Assembly: GCA_001029795.1 (NCBI GenBank) | Contig: CP011216.1 | Location: forward strand, 418,577 to 482,576 | From: a candidate division Kazan bacterium GW2011_GWA1_50_15 | GTDB taxonomy: Bacteria > Patescibacteriota > Kazan-3B-28 | DNA: 64,000 nucleotides | Direction: 5' to 3' | Shown: piece by piece, positions 8,318 through 18,215 of the stretch | How positions within the stretch are numbered: the first letter of the stretch is position 1 | Layout: every line of letters starts with the position of its first letter | The notes under the pieces: model-generated | The model's input: only the letters and a program-made list of their open reading frames with translations | Databases searched by the model: none | Told to the model about the DNA's origin: nothing | Made by a program: the position numbers and the translations under genes

Positions 8318-9472
8318 ATGTATAAAGATAAGCGATTTATAGCTTTTATTCCTGCCCGGGGCGGTAGCCAGGGTATCCGCTTAAAGAATATGGCACCAGT
8401 AGGGGGCAAGCCGTTGGTAGCTTGGTCAATCCAGGCGGCGCTCGGTAGCCGCCATCTGGACGGCGTATACGTTAGTACCGACCATGCCAAGATAGCCAAG
8501 ACGGCCAAGCGCTACAACGCTCTGGTTGTCAAAGAACCTCCCCGGCTGGCTCGCTCCACCAGCCCGATCGAACCAGCCATTCTGCATGCGCTGAAAGAGA
8601 TCACAGAACGAAGCGGTAGACCAGACTATATAGTGCTGCTGCAGCCCACCTCCCCTATCCGCGGCTCGCGAGACATCGATAAGGCGATAGAGCAGATCAT
8701 GAAAAATAAAGGGGATAGTCTTCTAAGCGTTGCTCCGCACCATCACTTCATTTGGAATAGCAAACATCAACCGATCAACTACGACGCCCGGCGACGCCCT
8801 CGCCGTCAGAACCGCGAACCAGAGTGGCGCGAGAATGGTTCTATTTATATCACCAAGATGTCTGCTTTGTTAAAAAATCGTAATCGTCTTGCTGGGAAGA
8901 TCGTTTATTATCCTATGTCGGAAGCATGCTCGATCGAGATCGACAACCCTTATGATTTGTGGTTAGCCGATATTACCATACGCAGAGAACAGCGTCTGAC
9001 CAATACCCCCTATATAGAACTGCTGGTCGTTGATGTAGACGGTGTGATGACAGATGGCTCGACCTATTATGGCAAAACTGGCGAAAAGTTGAAGCGGTTT
9101 AACAAACGGGACGGCAAGGGTATTGAGTTGTGGCACAGGGCCGATCGGTATTCGGCTATTATCACGGGTGAAACTAGCCCCGTGGTGCGTCAACGGGCAC
9201 GGGATTTGCACATCCCCACGGTGTTCGAGGGATACGCTGGCAATAAATCATCCGCCTATGTCGCTCTCAAGAAGCAAACTGGCCTCCCAGACAATAAAAT
9301 TGCCTTTATTGGTGATGATATAATAGACTTGCCTGTGTTGCGACAAGCCGGGTTCTCCGCCTGCCCCGCAGACGCCGAGGACAAGGTCAAAGCTGTTGTT
9401 GACTATGTCTGCAAGGCTACTGGCGGCCACGGCTGTGTCAGAGAAGTGATTAATCTACTCCTGAAACAATAA
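8318..9472 (+). CDS. neuA: bifunctional CMP-nonulosonic acid synthetase (NeuA-like cytidylyltransferase) fused to KdsC-like HAD phosphatase
   Basis: N-terminal IPARGGSQGIRLKN cytidylyltransferase P-loop; C-terminal HAD motifs VVDVDGVMTDG (DxDG) and GDDIIDLP. Confidence 0.75.
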   Translation: MYKDKRFIAFIPARGGSQGIRLKNMAPVGGKPLVAWSIQAALGSRHLDGVYVSTDHAKIAKTAKRYNALVVKEPPRLARSTSPIEPAILHALKEITERSGRPDYIVLLQPTSPIRGSRDIDKAIEQIMKNKGDSLLSVAPHHHFIWNSKHQPINYDARRRPRRQNREPEWRENGSIYITKMSALLKNRNRLAGKIVYYPMSEACSIEIDNPYDLWLADITIRREQRLTNTPYIELLVVDVDGVMTDGSTYYGKTGEKLKRFNKRDGKGIELWHRADRYSAIITGETSPVVRQRARDLHIPTVFEGYAGNKSSAYVALKKQTGLPDNKIAFIGDDIIDLPVLRQAGFSACPADAEDKVKAVVDYVCKATGGHGCVREVINLLLKQ

Positions 9473-9480
9473 ATGATCCA

Positions 9481-10533
9481 ATGAAAACCATTCACGTCGG
9501 GAATAAGGCCATCGGCCCTAATCAGCCAGCGTTCGTAATCGCCGAGATCGGGATTAATCACCAGGGCGACTTGGCTATCGCCAAACAAATGATATTAATA
9601 GCCCATCAAGCTGGGGCGGATGCGGTCAAGTTCCAGAAACGCACTACCCACAAAATCCTGACCCGGGCTGGGCTGGACCGAATATATGACAGCCCCAACG
9701 CCTTTGGGCGAACCTACGGGGAGCACCGCGAGGCCCTAGAGTTTAATGAGGAACAGTACCGCGAGCTTAAACAATATGCCGATAGGGTAGGGATTTTAAT
9801 GCTAGCATCGGTTTGGGATGAGGATAGCGCTGATTTTATCGACCAACTGGACCTACCGGCATTCAAGGTCGCCTCGGCCGATCTGATCAATCTGCCGTTG
9901 TTGAAACACATCGCCCAAAAAGGACGGCCAATTATTCTCTCGACCGGGATGGCGACCATGGAAGAGATCGAGCAGGCAATACGTTGGCTGGAGCAGTGGA
10001 ATCACGATCTAATCATTCTTTATTGCGTGTCGACCTATCCCGCTTCCTTTGACGAGATAAATCTTAATCTCATCGGCGAATATCAACAAAAGTTCCCCGA
10101 TTACCCTATAGGTTATTCGGGACATGAACTGGGCATCGCTATCTCTACTCTAGCAGTGGCCGCGGGGGCCAAGGTGATCGAGCGGCACTTTACCCTCGAC
10201 CGCGCGATGAAAGGGGGCGACCATGCGGCCTCACTTGAACCCGGGGGGCTGGCTAGACTGGTGCGTGATGTTCATTTAGCCGAAAAGGTGTTTGGCAGCA
10301 CTCAGCCCAAGTCCCTGCTTGATTCAGAGAAGCCCATCCGCGAGAAACTAGCTAAGAGCGTAGTAGCTCAGGTGGCTATCCCTCAGGGAGAAACTATTAC
10401 CGCTGAGATGCTCACTACTAAGGGGCCCGGTAGTGGCTTACCCCCTAAATACATATATGAGCTGCCCGGGAAACAGGCAGCGGTCGATATCCCCGAGGAT
10501 ACCGTGATAATGCGGGATATGGTCAAGTGGTAG
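9481..10533 (+). CDS. neuB: N-acylneuraminate (nonulosonic acid) synthase, NeuB family, with C-terminal SAF domain
   Basis: FVIAEIGINHQGDL signature of NeuB/sialic acid synthases; about 350 aa. Confidence 0.85.
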   Translation: MKTIHVGNKAIGPNQPAFVIAEIGINHQGDLAIAKQMILIAHQAGADAVKFQKRTTHKILTRAGLDRIYDSPNAFGRTYGEHREALEFNEEQYRELKQYADRVGILMLASVWDEDSADFIDQLDLPAFKVASADLINLPLLKHIAQKGRPIILSTGMATMEEIEQAIRWLEQWNHDLIILYCVSTYPASFDEINLNLIGEYQQKFPDYPIGYSGHELGIAISTLAVAAGAKVIERHFTLDRAMKGGDHAASLEPGGLARLVRDVHLAEKVFGSTQPKSLLDSEKPIREKLAKSVVAQVAIPQGETITAEMLTTKGPGSGLPPKYIYELPGKQAAVDIPEDTVIMRDMVKW

Positions 10534-10549
10534 AACATCGGACGCTTTT

Positions 10550-11773
10550 ATGATGGGCACTGTTAAACGGCAACTACGGACTCTGGCTAATAGCCTGGGG
10601 CTTCAACTAAGGCTGATACTGGCTAGGCGCTGGGATAACGCCATTAATATCTGCCACATGGGAGCTTGGAGCGGCAATATGGGCGACTCCGTGTTGCTAT
10701 TGGGTATCCAACAAGAACTCCGTCGCGCTGCCGGGGATAAGCCCATTAACTTCTTTCCTGTGAATGTCCAGTTGACTCGTGTTACCCCTTGGTTAGCTCG
10801 AGTGATCAACCATAAATTTGATTTGTTACTTATTGGTGGCGGTGGATTATTTTTACATAAACCCGAGAGCCCTAGTCGGTCGAGTTGGCAGTTAGATATC
10901 ACTGAACTCGAGCTAGACATTTTGACCATCCCCGTTGTTGTGTACGGGATCGGTTACAACCAATTTGAATTTACCGACAGACTAATGCCTGATTTAGCTA
11001 ATCGTGTTCTCCGGCACCTGCAGACTAAAGCGGCGCTGTTCTCAGTCCGCAACCGCGGTACTCGCGAGGAGTTTATTCGAAGGGGCCTGGACCCGAACAA
11101 GATCACGGTTATCCCCGATCCTGCTATGTTCGTTGGACCGAAACCCTGCCCGATTCCTGGGCTCGACCCAAATAAACTTAATATTGGAATTAACTTGGCA
11201 GCTGACCGACTTGCATGGCGATACCCGGCCCCGGCATTTGAGACGGCCAAGGCGTGGGTAATGGCGCTAGGAAACGCTCTCAAGGCCATCCTCGCTCACC
11301 ACCCCGGGCAAATCTACTACCTATCACACATGTTAAAAACTGATGCGTTTTATACACGCATATTGGGGCAGATACTGGGCGACAAACTAATCGTCCTGGA
11401 AGATGTTTTGCCTCAACTATTTCCGCCAACTCTTAAATTGGCGCCCTGCTTCGTAGATATATACCGCCAGATGTCCTTAGTAATCGGGATGAGGGGGCAC
11501 GCCAATATCATTCCGTTCGGGGTAGCTACTCCGGTAATAGCGATGTCCAGCCATCCCAAGAACAGATTCTTTTTGGAGGAGATCGGGACCCCTGAGCAGT
11601 TGATCGATACTCGTTATTTGCCCGATGACGCTACCACGCAGCACATCGTCCAGGCCATCGAATCGACATTGGCTCGAGCTGAGGACTTGAAGGCCCACTA
11701 TCTCAAACGCAAGCGGGAGTTACACCAAACGGCCCAGTTGTTTAACCGGCAGATAGTTGCCCTTCTCCAATGA
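10550..11773 (+). CDS. polysaccharide pyruvyl transferase family protein (putative)
   Basis: N-terminal GAWSGNMGDSVLLLG glycine-rich motif resembles the pyruvyl transferase family; about 400 aa. Confidence 0.45.
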   Translation: MMGTVKRQLRTLANSLGLQLRLILARRWDNAINICHMGAWSGNMGDSVLLLGIQQELRRAAGDKPINFFPVNVQLTRVTPWLARVINHKFDLLLIGGGGLFLHKPESPSRSSWQLDITELELDILTIPVVVYGIGYNQFEFTDRLMPDLANRVLRHLQTKAALFSVRNRGTREEFIRRGLDPNKITVIPDPAMFVGPKPCPIPGLDPNKLNIGINLAADRLAWRYPAPAFETAKAWVMALGNALKAILAHHPGQIYYLSHMLKTDAFYTRILGQILGDKLIVLEDVLPQLFPPTLKLAPCFVDIYRQMSLVIGMRGHANIIPFGVATPVIAMSSHPKNRFFLEEIGTPEQLIDTRYLPDDATTQHIVQAIESTLARAEDLKAHYLKRKRELHQTAQLFNRQIVALLQ

Positions 11774-12639
11774 CATGCCCCATATGCAAAGACGCCAGAC
11801 ATCAGACGATTTGGACAAAGGGACGGTTTAGTCAGCGCTTAACCAACGTAGTCTGCCTAAATTGTGGCTTGGTGTTTGTTGATCCACCCGTTTCTCTGCC
11901 AGCCGACTTTTATCACGAAGATTACCGCAGACAGTATGTGGGTCAAGCAGTTCTCTCGCCCGACATCGCCGTTCGACGGCAGCGGGATGCCGAGAGACGT
12001 TGGCGTTATCTGGCTGATCGTCTCCCCCATTTGCTCCCCTCGCGGGGACTTGAGATCGGCTGCTCATCGGGACATTTTTTAAGGGTCCTAACTGATCACG
12101 GCTGGCAGAGTTTTGGCATTGACCCCGATCGGTCGTATACCGAGTATGGCCGTTCCCACCTTGGTCTGACCAATTTAACCACCGGTCTGTTTACGGGGGC
12201 AGAGTTTGAAAATGAACAGTTCGGACTAGTAGCGATGTTCCATACCCTTGAACACATCCCCGACCCGGTACTTTTACTGAATCACGTCCACCGACGGCTT
12301 GTTAACGGAGGAATACTATTTTTAGAGGTACCTGATGTGGAGCGCCCATACTTCGGCGACTTTGACTTCTTCTTCCAGGCAGCTCATCCCTTTAGTTTTT
12401 CGCCGTCCAGTCTTGGCAATTTGCTCCTCATGACTGGATTTGAGCTTATCCGTATCGATCATCATCAAAACTTTATGCTAGCGCTGGCCCGCAAAGTGTC
12501 TGCCGGGCAAGCACCGGTTGCTGACCCAAAAATCGCTCGGGATTTGCTCCGGCGTCTAAAATGGTGGAGGATAGGATATTGGGTCCTGTTCAGATGGGCC
12601 AAAGCTATTAAGCGGCTAGGAGCCAGAAATAGGTTATGA
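11770..12639 (+). CDS. class I SAM-dependent methyltransferase with N-terminal CxxC zinc ribbon
   Basis: CPIC...CLNC zinc ribbon; motif I LEIGCSSGHFL; ATGA overlap with upstream gene. Confidence 0.7.
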   Translation: MTCPICKDARHQTIWTKGRFSQRLTNVVCLNCGLVFVDPPVSLPADFYHEDYRRQYVGQAVLSPDIAVRRQRDAERRWRYLADRLPHLLPSRGLEIGCSSGHFLRVLTDHGWQSFGIDPDRSYTEYGRSHLGLTNLTTGLFTGAEFENEQFGLVAMFHTLEHIPDPVLLLNHVHRRLVNGGILFLEVPDVERPYFGDFDFFFQAAHPFSFSPSSLGNLLLMTGFELIRIDHHQNFMLALARKVSAGQAPVADPKIARDLLRRLKWWRIGYWVLFRWAKAIKRLGARNRL

Positions 12640-14339
12640 CACAGATCTTTATTGGCCAGCATCCCCGCCGGGTTCCCAGATTGATTAGACGCTGGGGACT
12701 GGTTATGTTCCGCTGGGTGATCCTACCGTGGCTACAGCGCCACCCCAACGTCCAGGCTGTTCTGCTAGATCTAGAAGAAGCTGTTATCTCTAAGCGTTGT
12801 AATTATCACCGCTATAAAACTATCGTCGATGATGACTACTCGGCGGTAATCGCAGCCGCTGATGATCTGGCCTGGCAGACCGCCGGCCATTGGTACGGAC
12901 CCATGCCCGCTCCCGCGCAGTATTGGGGAGAGATCAGCAAACAGAGCTTTTATCCCAGCCTGAAATGTCTCTATGAAGAAGCTGGGATTATTGATGCCAT
13001 TATTGAGCGGGAACAGCCCAATGTCGTCTGGCGCTGGGCCGATATCCCCCGTTTGACCGGCAACTGCCGGATTCGCAGCCTCAACCCAGCTTGGGCGCTA
13101 CTCACTGTTCGGTGGTGCGTAATAATCGGTACCCGCCTGCTTAGCAGTATAAAGGATCTAACCACGTTGGTCGCACCCAGCCCGACTAACTTTACACCTA
13201 CCAGTGGATACGTAGCTATGATAGACACTCCCAACCACTACCGCACCCTATCGGCCGTTGCTCAGGCCATGCCCGCAATTTACTTTCTTCCCCTTAACCG
13301 GAGCACCCAAAAATTGTGTCAACACGATGGCGCCAACTACGTCACCCCTTCGGCATTAGTAACGCTGCGTGATCTATTGCCCTACTGGCGTGGACTGAGA
13401 GTGGTCTGGCAGGGATGGGACAAACACCAAGCCGATATACCCGAGACCATTGTCCATGAGCTAAAGGTACTGGCAGCGTTTTACTGGCCCCGGTTGATCC
13501 TGCTGCGTTTGACGTTAAGCCGTCTTTGGGCCCAGTTTCACCCTCGAATAGCGTTGACGGCTGTGGGGTTTTGGGCCCCCTATAGACTATTTCTAGACCA
13601 GGCTGATCGATATAACGCCAAGCGAGTGGTAGTAGCCCACGGCAATATCCCCCGTACGCCGGCTTTTTATGGCGAGGCCAACTATGACCAGATCTTGGTG
13701 CGAGGCGCGGTCGAAGAAGATAACTTGATACGCATGGGCATCCCCAGCAGTTTAATCACGGTTGTGGGACAGTTGACTGACGCCAGGGACGTTTCTAAAG
13801 ACCGCTACTTGCCCGTTCAACCACCCAGGACTATCTTGGTCGCCATGCAGGGATTTGGCGGGGAGATGAGCTACTGCGAATACGCCAAATTTATCACCGA
13901 ACTTGATGGGGCGATTACATCCGATATAAATCGGCGGTGGATCATCCGGTTACATTATCAACAACCCCAATATTGGGGATTGTGGCGCGCAATGTTCGGG
14001 AACCGACCAAACGTGATATTGGTAACCGATCAACCATTCGAGACTTTACTGAAGAACTCTAAGATAGAGGCCTTAGTAACCGTCTTTTCCAGTACTGCGT
14101 TGGAGGCGGCGGCTCACAACATCCCGGTTGTCACGGTCAACTTTTCCGGCATGGAGGAACTGTTACCATTTTCCGCCACTGGGTTATCCCATGAAGTCCG
14201 CATGCCTCACGCGCTGACCCAGGTATTGGCCCGCCCCCTCACCCCGCCCAGCCGAGATGCGTATACTAAATTTATTGCTCGGAGCGGCCAAGCCACTGTT
14301 CGGTCGGCCATCGACGCGATTAATCAGACACTTCCCTAA
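12636..14339 (+). CDS. GT-B-fold glycosyltransferase-like protein (capsule/teichoic-acid-type or nonulosonic acid transferase candidate)
   Basis: C-terminal Rossmann-like segment ILVTDQPFETLLKNSKIEALVTVFSSTALEAAAHNIPVV; weak, context-driven call. Confidence 0.35.
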   Translation: MTQIFIGQHPRRVPRLIRRWGLVMFRWVILPWLQRHPNVQAVLLDLEEAVISKRCNYHRYKTIVDDDYSAVIAAADDLAWQTAGHWYGPMPAPAQYWGEISKQSFYPSLKCLYEEAGIIDAIIEREQPNVVWRWADIPRLTGNCRIRSLNPAWALLTVRWCVIIGTRLLSSIKDLTTLVAPSPTNFTPTSGYVAMIDTPNHYRTLSAVAQAMPAIYFLPLNRSTQKLCQHDGANYVTPSALVTLRDLLPYWRGLRVVWQGWDKHQADIPETIVHELKVLAAFYWPRLILLRLTLSRLWAQFHPRIALTAVGFWAPYRLFLDQADRYNAKRVVVAHGNIPRTPAFYGEANYDQILVRGAVEEDNLIRMGIPSSLITVVGQLTDARDVSKDRYLPVQPPRTILVAMQGFGGEMSYCEYAKFITELDGAITSDINRRWIIRLHYQQPQYWGLWRAMFGNRPNVILVTDQPFETLLKNSKIEALVTVFSSTALEAAAHNIPVVTVNFSGMEELLPFSATGLSHEVRMPHALTQVLARPLTPPSRDAYTKFIARSGQATVRSAIDAINQTLP

Positions 14340-15269
14340 ATGGATCTCTCAGTCGTTATTTTAAATTGGAATACCCGCGAGCTGTTGAGGGATTGTTTGG
14401 CGTCGATATATCGCTATACTGCCGGCATTAATTTCGAGGTGATAGTAGTGGATAACTCTTCGACTGATGGCAGCCAAGCGATGGTTGTCTCTGCATTCCC
14501 ACGGGTCAAACTAATCCAAAACACCGACAATCTTGGATTTGCTGTCGGCAACAATCAAGGCATCCATGTTGCCGCTGGCCGTTATATACTTCTGCTCAAT
14601 AGCGACACAATCGTACTCGGCAACTTAGCCGAGGCTGTTAGCTTTCTCGATCGGCACCCGCAGGTTGGGATGTTAGGAGTTAGGGTGTTAAATAAGATCG
14701 GTACTATCCAAGAGACTTGCACTAGACGGTTCCCGAGTATCTTGAGTAAGCTAGTCAACTATTTCCGTATCTCGGCTCGGTTGATCGGCCGACTAGTCCC
14801 CCATCTAGAACAGGACCAACAATTTGACTACGATCGGGCCCAGCCGGTTGAGGTGGTGTCGGGTGCATTTATGATGCTTCCCCGCGGGACGATTGAACAA
14901 GTGGGGGGGCTAGATGAATCATTCTTCCTCTATGCCGAGGACATTGATTGGGCCAAACGGATCCATGCGGCTGGCTATGAAATTTGGTACGCGCCAGTCG
15001 TGACTATTACCCACTATGGCGGAGAGACCAGTTCGCAAATACCCGACCGAACCCATTATCTGCGTTTGCACAGTTTGGCCAAATATTTCGACAAACACTA
15101 TGGCCGCCCTTACGGGAATCTCTACCGTACAGTACTGTACATTACGGTTCTGCTAACCTATCTACCGGTGTTGGTAACTTGGTGGCTGTCCTACGGTAAA
15201 CGCCGCAGCCGCCTGGGCGAGTTGGTGAGACTTTTCCACAAGGTCTTATTTAACCCCGCCCTTCGATAG
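14340..15269 (+). CDS. glycosyltransferase family 2
   Basis: N-terminal SVVILNWN...VIVVDNSSTDGS and DxD-type GT-A motifs. Confidence 0.8.
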   Translation: MDLSVVILNWNTRELLRDCLASIYRYTAGINFEVIVVDNSSTDGSQAMVVSAFPRVKLIQNTDNLGFAVGNNQGIHVAAGRYILLLNSDTIVLGNLAEAVSFLDRHPQVGMLGVRVLNKIGTIQETCTRRFPSILSKLVNYFRISARLIGRLVPHLEQDQQFDYDRAQPVEVVSGAFMMLPRGTIEQVGGLDESFFLYAEDIDWAKRIHAAGYEIWYAPVVTITHYGGETSSQIPDRTHYLRLHSLAKYFDKHYGRPYGNLYRTVLYITVLLTYLPVLVTWWLSYGKRRSRLGELVRLFHKVLFNPALR

Positions 15270-15273
15270 CACT

Positions 15274-15969
15274 CTACTTGGTTACCTCGACATACATTGA
15301 CCTATAATCCTCGTTGGCTTCGGCTGGATAAGTCCCTTCAAAATCAAAATCGCGGCAGCTGGTTTCTTGAAACTGCTTACGCGTAATTCCCTCTCGCCGG
15401 AAACCGGCCCTAGCCAAATCGTTGCAGAGCGATTCAAAATCCCATGCGTTCTGGTGAGCCAGAGTATTATCCCCTAGCGCTCGCTGGCCGCTAGGAGATA
15501 AAAAGTCCTCCTTTAGCGCCTCGAACAAAGAGTAGTCTTTGTTGTATTTGGTTTTGGCTCGCTCCATCCGCCTGCGGAAGAGTTGGAAGTCTCGGTTACC
15601 GCTGACGTACTCTCTAATACTGCGTTCTGCGTCTGGCAGAACCAAACGGAAACTTCCTCCCATTTTCAATACCCGATAACGCTCGCTAAAGATTCGCGGA
15701 GCAGCAAAAATACTCATATGTTCAAACACATGGGAACCATAGATGGAACTGACCGATCCGCTCGGGAGGGGTAGAGATTGATCTTTATTAAAATCCAGAC
15801 GAATATCGCTGGTATGTTCTACATCGATGGCGAGCCAATGGGTTGACGGTTTAACCCACTCGGGACCGGGGCCAAAGTGAAGTTTATACGGCAGTTGGTA
15901 ATGGTGCAAATCTAGCGGCTGTCGCTTTGTCACCAACCGATACCGGCGCATGAGTTTCTCGACTATCAT
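15274..15969 (-). CDS. SAM-dependent methyltransferase-like protein
   Basis: methyltransferase post-motif-II segment SVSSIYGSHVFEHM; no clear motif I, so tentative. Confidence 0.4.
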   Translation of the reverse strand: MIVEKLMRRYRLVTKRQPLDLHHYQLPYKLHFGPGPEWVKPSTHWLAIDVEHTSDIRLDFNKDQSLPLPSGSVSSIYGSHVFEHMSIFAAPRIFSERYRVLKMGGSFRLVLPDAERSIREYVSGNRDFQLFRRRMERAKTKYNKDYSLFEALKEDFLSPSGQRALGDNTLAHQNAWDFESLCNDLARAGFRREGITRKQFQETSCRDFDFEGTYPAEANEDYRSMYVEVTK

Positions 15970-18215
15970 CGCAGAGAATCAATGAATTTTTGTGCGGCTG
16001 TGGCCTTGGCAGGGTCTAGCTTAGCGACCATTTTCGCCTCGTTCACAGCATCATCTAACCGGCCTAGGGCTTGATAGATAAGGGCTGAGTTCATGTGGTA
16101 CTCTACCTTCTTGGGGTCCATCTCAAGGAGCGCCTGCTGATATACCAGCGCAGCATTATACTTTTGGCTTTGGAAGAGAAGATCCGTGATCGCCGAAAGC
16201 AACACTGGTTCGACGTCGACGAAATTGATCTTTATTTGACTAGCTTTATCAAAGTAATTAATCGCTATATCGTTGTGTTTCTCTAAGTACTCTAGTACGC
16301 CGAACCAAAAGTTTATCTCTCGAGGCGCCCGGCTAAGGGAGTTGGCCTGGTCGAGAGCGGCTCGGGCAGCCTTAAAATCCTCAATTAACATCAGACCTTT
16401 AGCCCAGTTCAGATAAAAGTATTCTCGGTTGCTATTATCGGCTATCAGGGCGTTGAACTCCACCTCGGCGGTGGCTTTAGCTTCTGGCATAACTAGCGCT
16501 GTTAGTAAATGGAACAGCGGACGGCTCACTTGGAGCTGAACATTGTTGGGCTCTGCCGCTGCCAGCTGCGCCTGTCTTGCGAGACCTTTCTCCCAAGCGG
16601 CTAAAGCCTCTTGCGGCTTGTTCTGTTTATAGAGAGCCACCCCACCACGGCGATACCATCCCAGATCAGAATAGTGAAAAAATTGGTTCCAAGGTGACCA
16701 GCGCTGATCGAGAGATTCTTGGATAGTAAGAGCGGTTTGGTAGTCCTCCCGCTGCGCCAACGCCTCAGCCCGGTAAGTTGAACGGCTGTTCGCCAGAGTT
16801 GGGATTAGGACAACGATAACCGTGTAGCCGGCAACTCCGGCGAACAACGACCCAGTAATCCAGCGCGAGAGCCGACCAACTGGACGCTGGAGCGGGACCG
16901 ACTCTGTTGATAACCCACTGGACACACGCGATGCGATAAGGGCGACTAATACCCCGCAATAAATTAGACTCAACGGGGTTTCAAAGGCGGTCATGTCATA
17001 CACCAGATAGGCCACCATTGTGGCGATAAGTGATACCCAGAGTGTGTTTTCTGGCCCAATATAGTTTTGGGTTAACAGCCGTCGCAGATAGACCCCAACC
17101 GCAACCAGCACGGCCAGCAGCCACAGCAGCCCACCTAGGCCGTTAGTAGTAAGTTGGTCGATGACTAAGTTGTGGGCTCGATCGGTAAATGTTTCACCAT
17201 ATCCCAGATCACCCAGCTCGGCCGAGTAGCTCTGATTCCAAGCGACATTAACATTCTCGTTGCCGAATCCAAAAATCGGTCTGGTGCGCCAACTATCCAG
17301 CAGGGTCGAATATGTGACTAGACGAGAGCGAATAGAGTTACTAGCCAGCGTATAAGAAAATATGCGCTCCAGCCCCAAGGGGGTCTTAAACCAGAACAAT
17401 CCAAAACTGATCACTAATAATATCCCTAACACTAGCCAAACGATTTTAGAGTGGCTTCTCTGGGTTTGGCCACTTTGACGACGGTTGACCAGCCAGAGCA
17501 GTATCAACCAGACGATCAACCCGGATACCAAGCCCAACAGCGGGCCACGGGACAACGACAGCACGATCGCGGCAACCTGGAGTATCGCGCCTAGACCGTA
17601 CCACAACCGGCTGGCTAACCGCTTGGATTTCCAACCCAGATATAGAGTAATAAAAATGGTTAATAGTAAAAGTCCGCCCATAAAAATTGGGTTACCAGTC
17701 AGGGCGTGGATGCGCCCGCTGGATAGGCCGATCAGCCCTGGCAGATGGAGCGCCTGACCCAAGCCATACAGACCAGTTAGAATGCCTACATTGGCCACCC
17801 ATACTAGCAGCCTATCCCACCCAGATTTTGGTATCCAAATGGCCGCCAAAAACCAGACCCACCACCACAGACTAGTAAAAAGCAGTAGGCCGGTGGCTCG
17901 ACTGGTAGTCCCCCAAAAACTGCGGAAGAAGTCTACCCCAAAATAGGCACTCGCAAATGACCAGAGCAGCCAACCGAGCGTTACCCAAAATAATCGATTT
18001 CGCCAAATTGGAGCAATTCGCGACCAACTAAAAGCTGGCGACCAAACTACCGCCAGCGTGAAAATTAGTGTTAGCGACAGAAATAGCAGTTCGCGACCGA
18101 AACCAAACCGGTGATGGAGACCCGAGGGCAGCATCAGCGGGAGTAGAATTGTAGCAATTAAAAGTAGGTCTGCCAACCACCCGTAACCCGTGATCCGCCA
18201 ATTAGCCTTGGTCAT
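15966..18215 (-). CDS. O-antigen ligase/Wzy_C-family polytopic membrane protein fused to C-terminal TPR repeats (possible O-oligosaccharyltransferase)
   Basis: about 450 aa with at least 10 TM helices including a SRGPLLGL loop, then TPR repeats. Confidence 0.6.
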   Translation of the reverse strand: MTKANWRITGYGWLADLLLIATILLPLMLPSGLHHRFGFGRELLFLSLTLIFTLAVVWSPAFSWSRIAPIWRNRLFWVTLGWLLWSFASAYFGVDFFRSFWGTTSRATGLLLFTSLWWWVWFLAAIWIPKSGWDRLLVWVANVGILTGLYGLGQALHLPGLIGLSSGRIHALTGNPIFMGGLLLLTIFITLYLGWKSKRLASRLWYGLGAILQVAAIVLSLSRGPLLGLVSGLIVWLILLWLVNRRQSGQTQRSHSKIVWLVLGILLVISFGLFWFKTPLGLERIFSYTLASNSIRSRLVTYSTLLDSWRTRPIFGFGNENVNVAWNQSYSAELGDLGYGETFTDRAHNLVIDQLTTNGLGGLLWLLAVLVAVGVYLRRLLTQNYIGPENTLWVSLIATMVAYLVYDMTAFETPLSLIYCGVLVALIASRVSSGLSTESVPLQRPVGRLSRWITGSLFAGVAGYTVIVVLIPTLANSRSTYRAEALAQREDYQTALTIQESLDQRWSPWNQFFHYSDLGWYRRGGVALYKQNKPQEALAAWEKGLARQAQLAAAEPNNVQLQVSRPLFHLLTALVMPEAKATAEVEFNALIADNSNREYFYLNWAKGLMLIEDFKAARAALDQANSLSRAPREINFWFGVLEYLEKHNDIAINYFDKASQIKINFVDVEPVLLSAITDLLFQSQKYNAALVYQQALLEMDPKKVEYHMNSALIYQALGRLDDAVNEAKMVAKLDPAKATAAQKFIDSLR

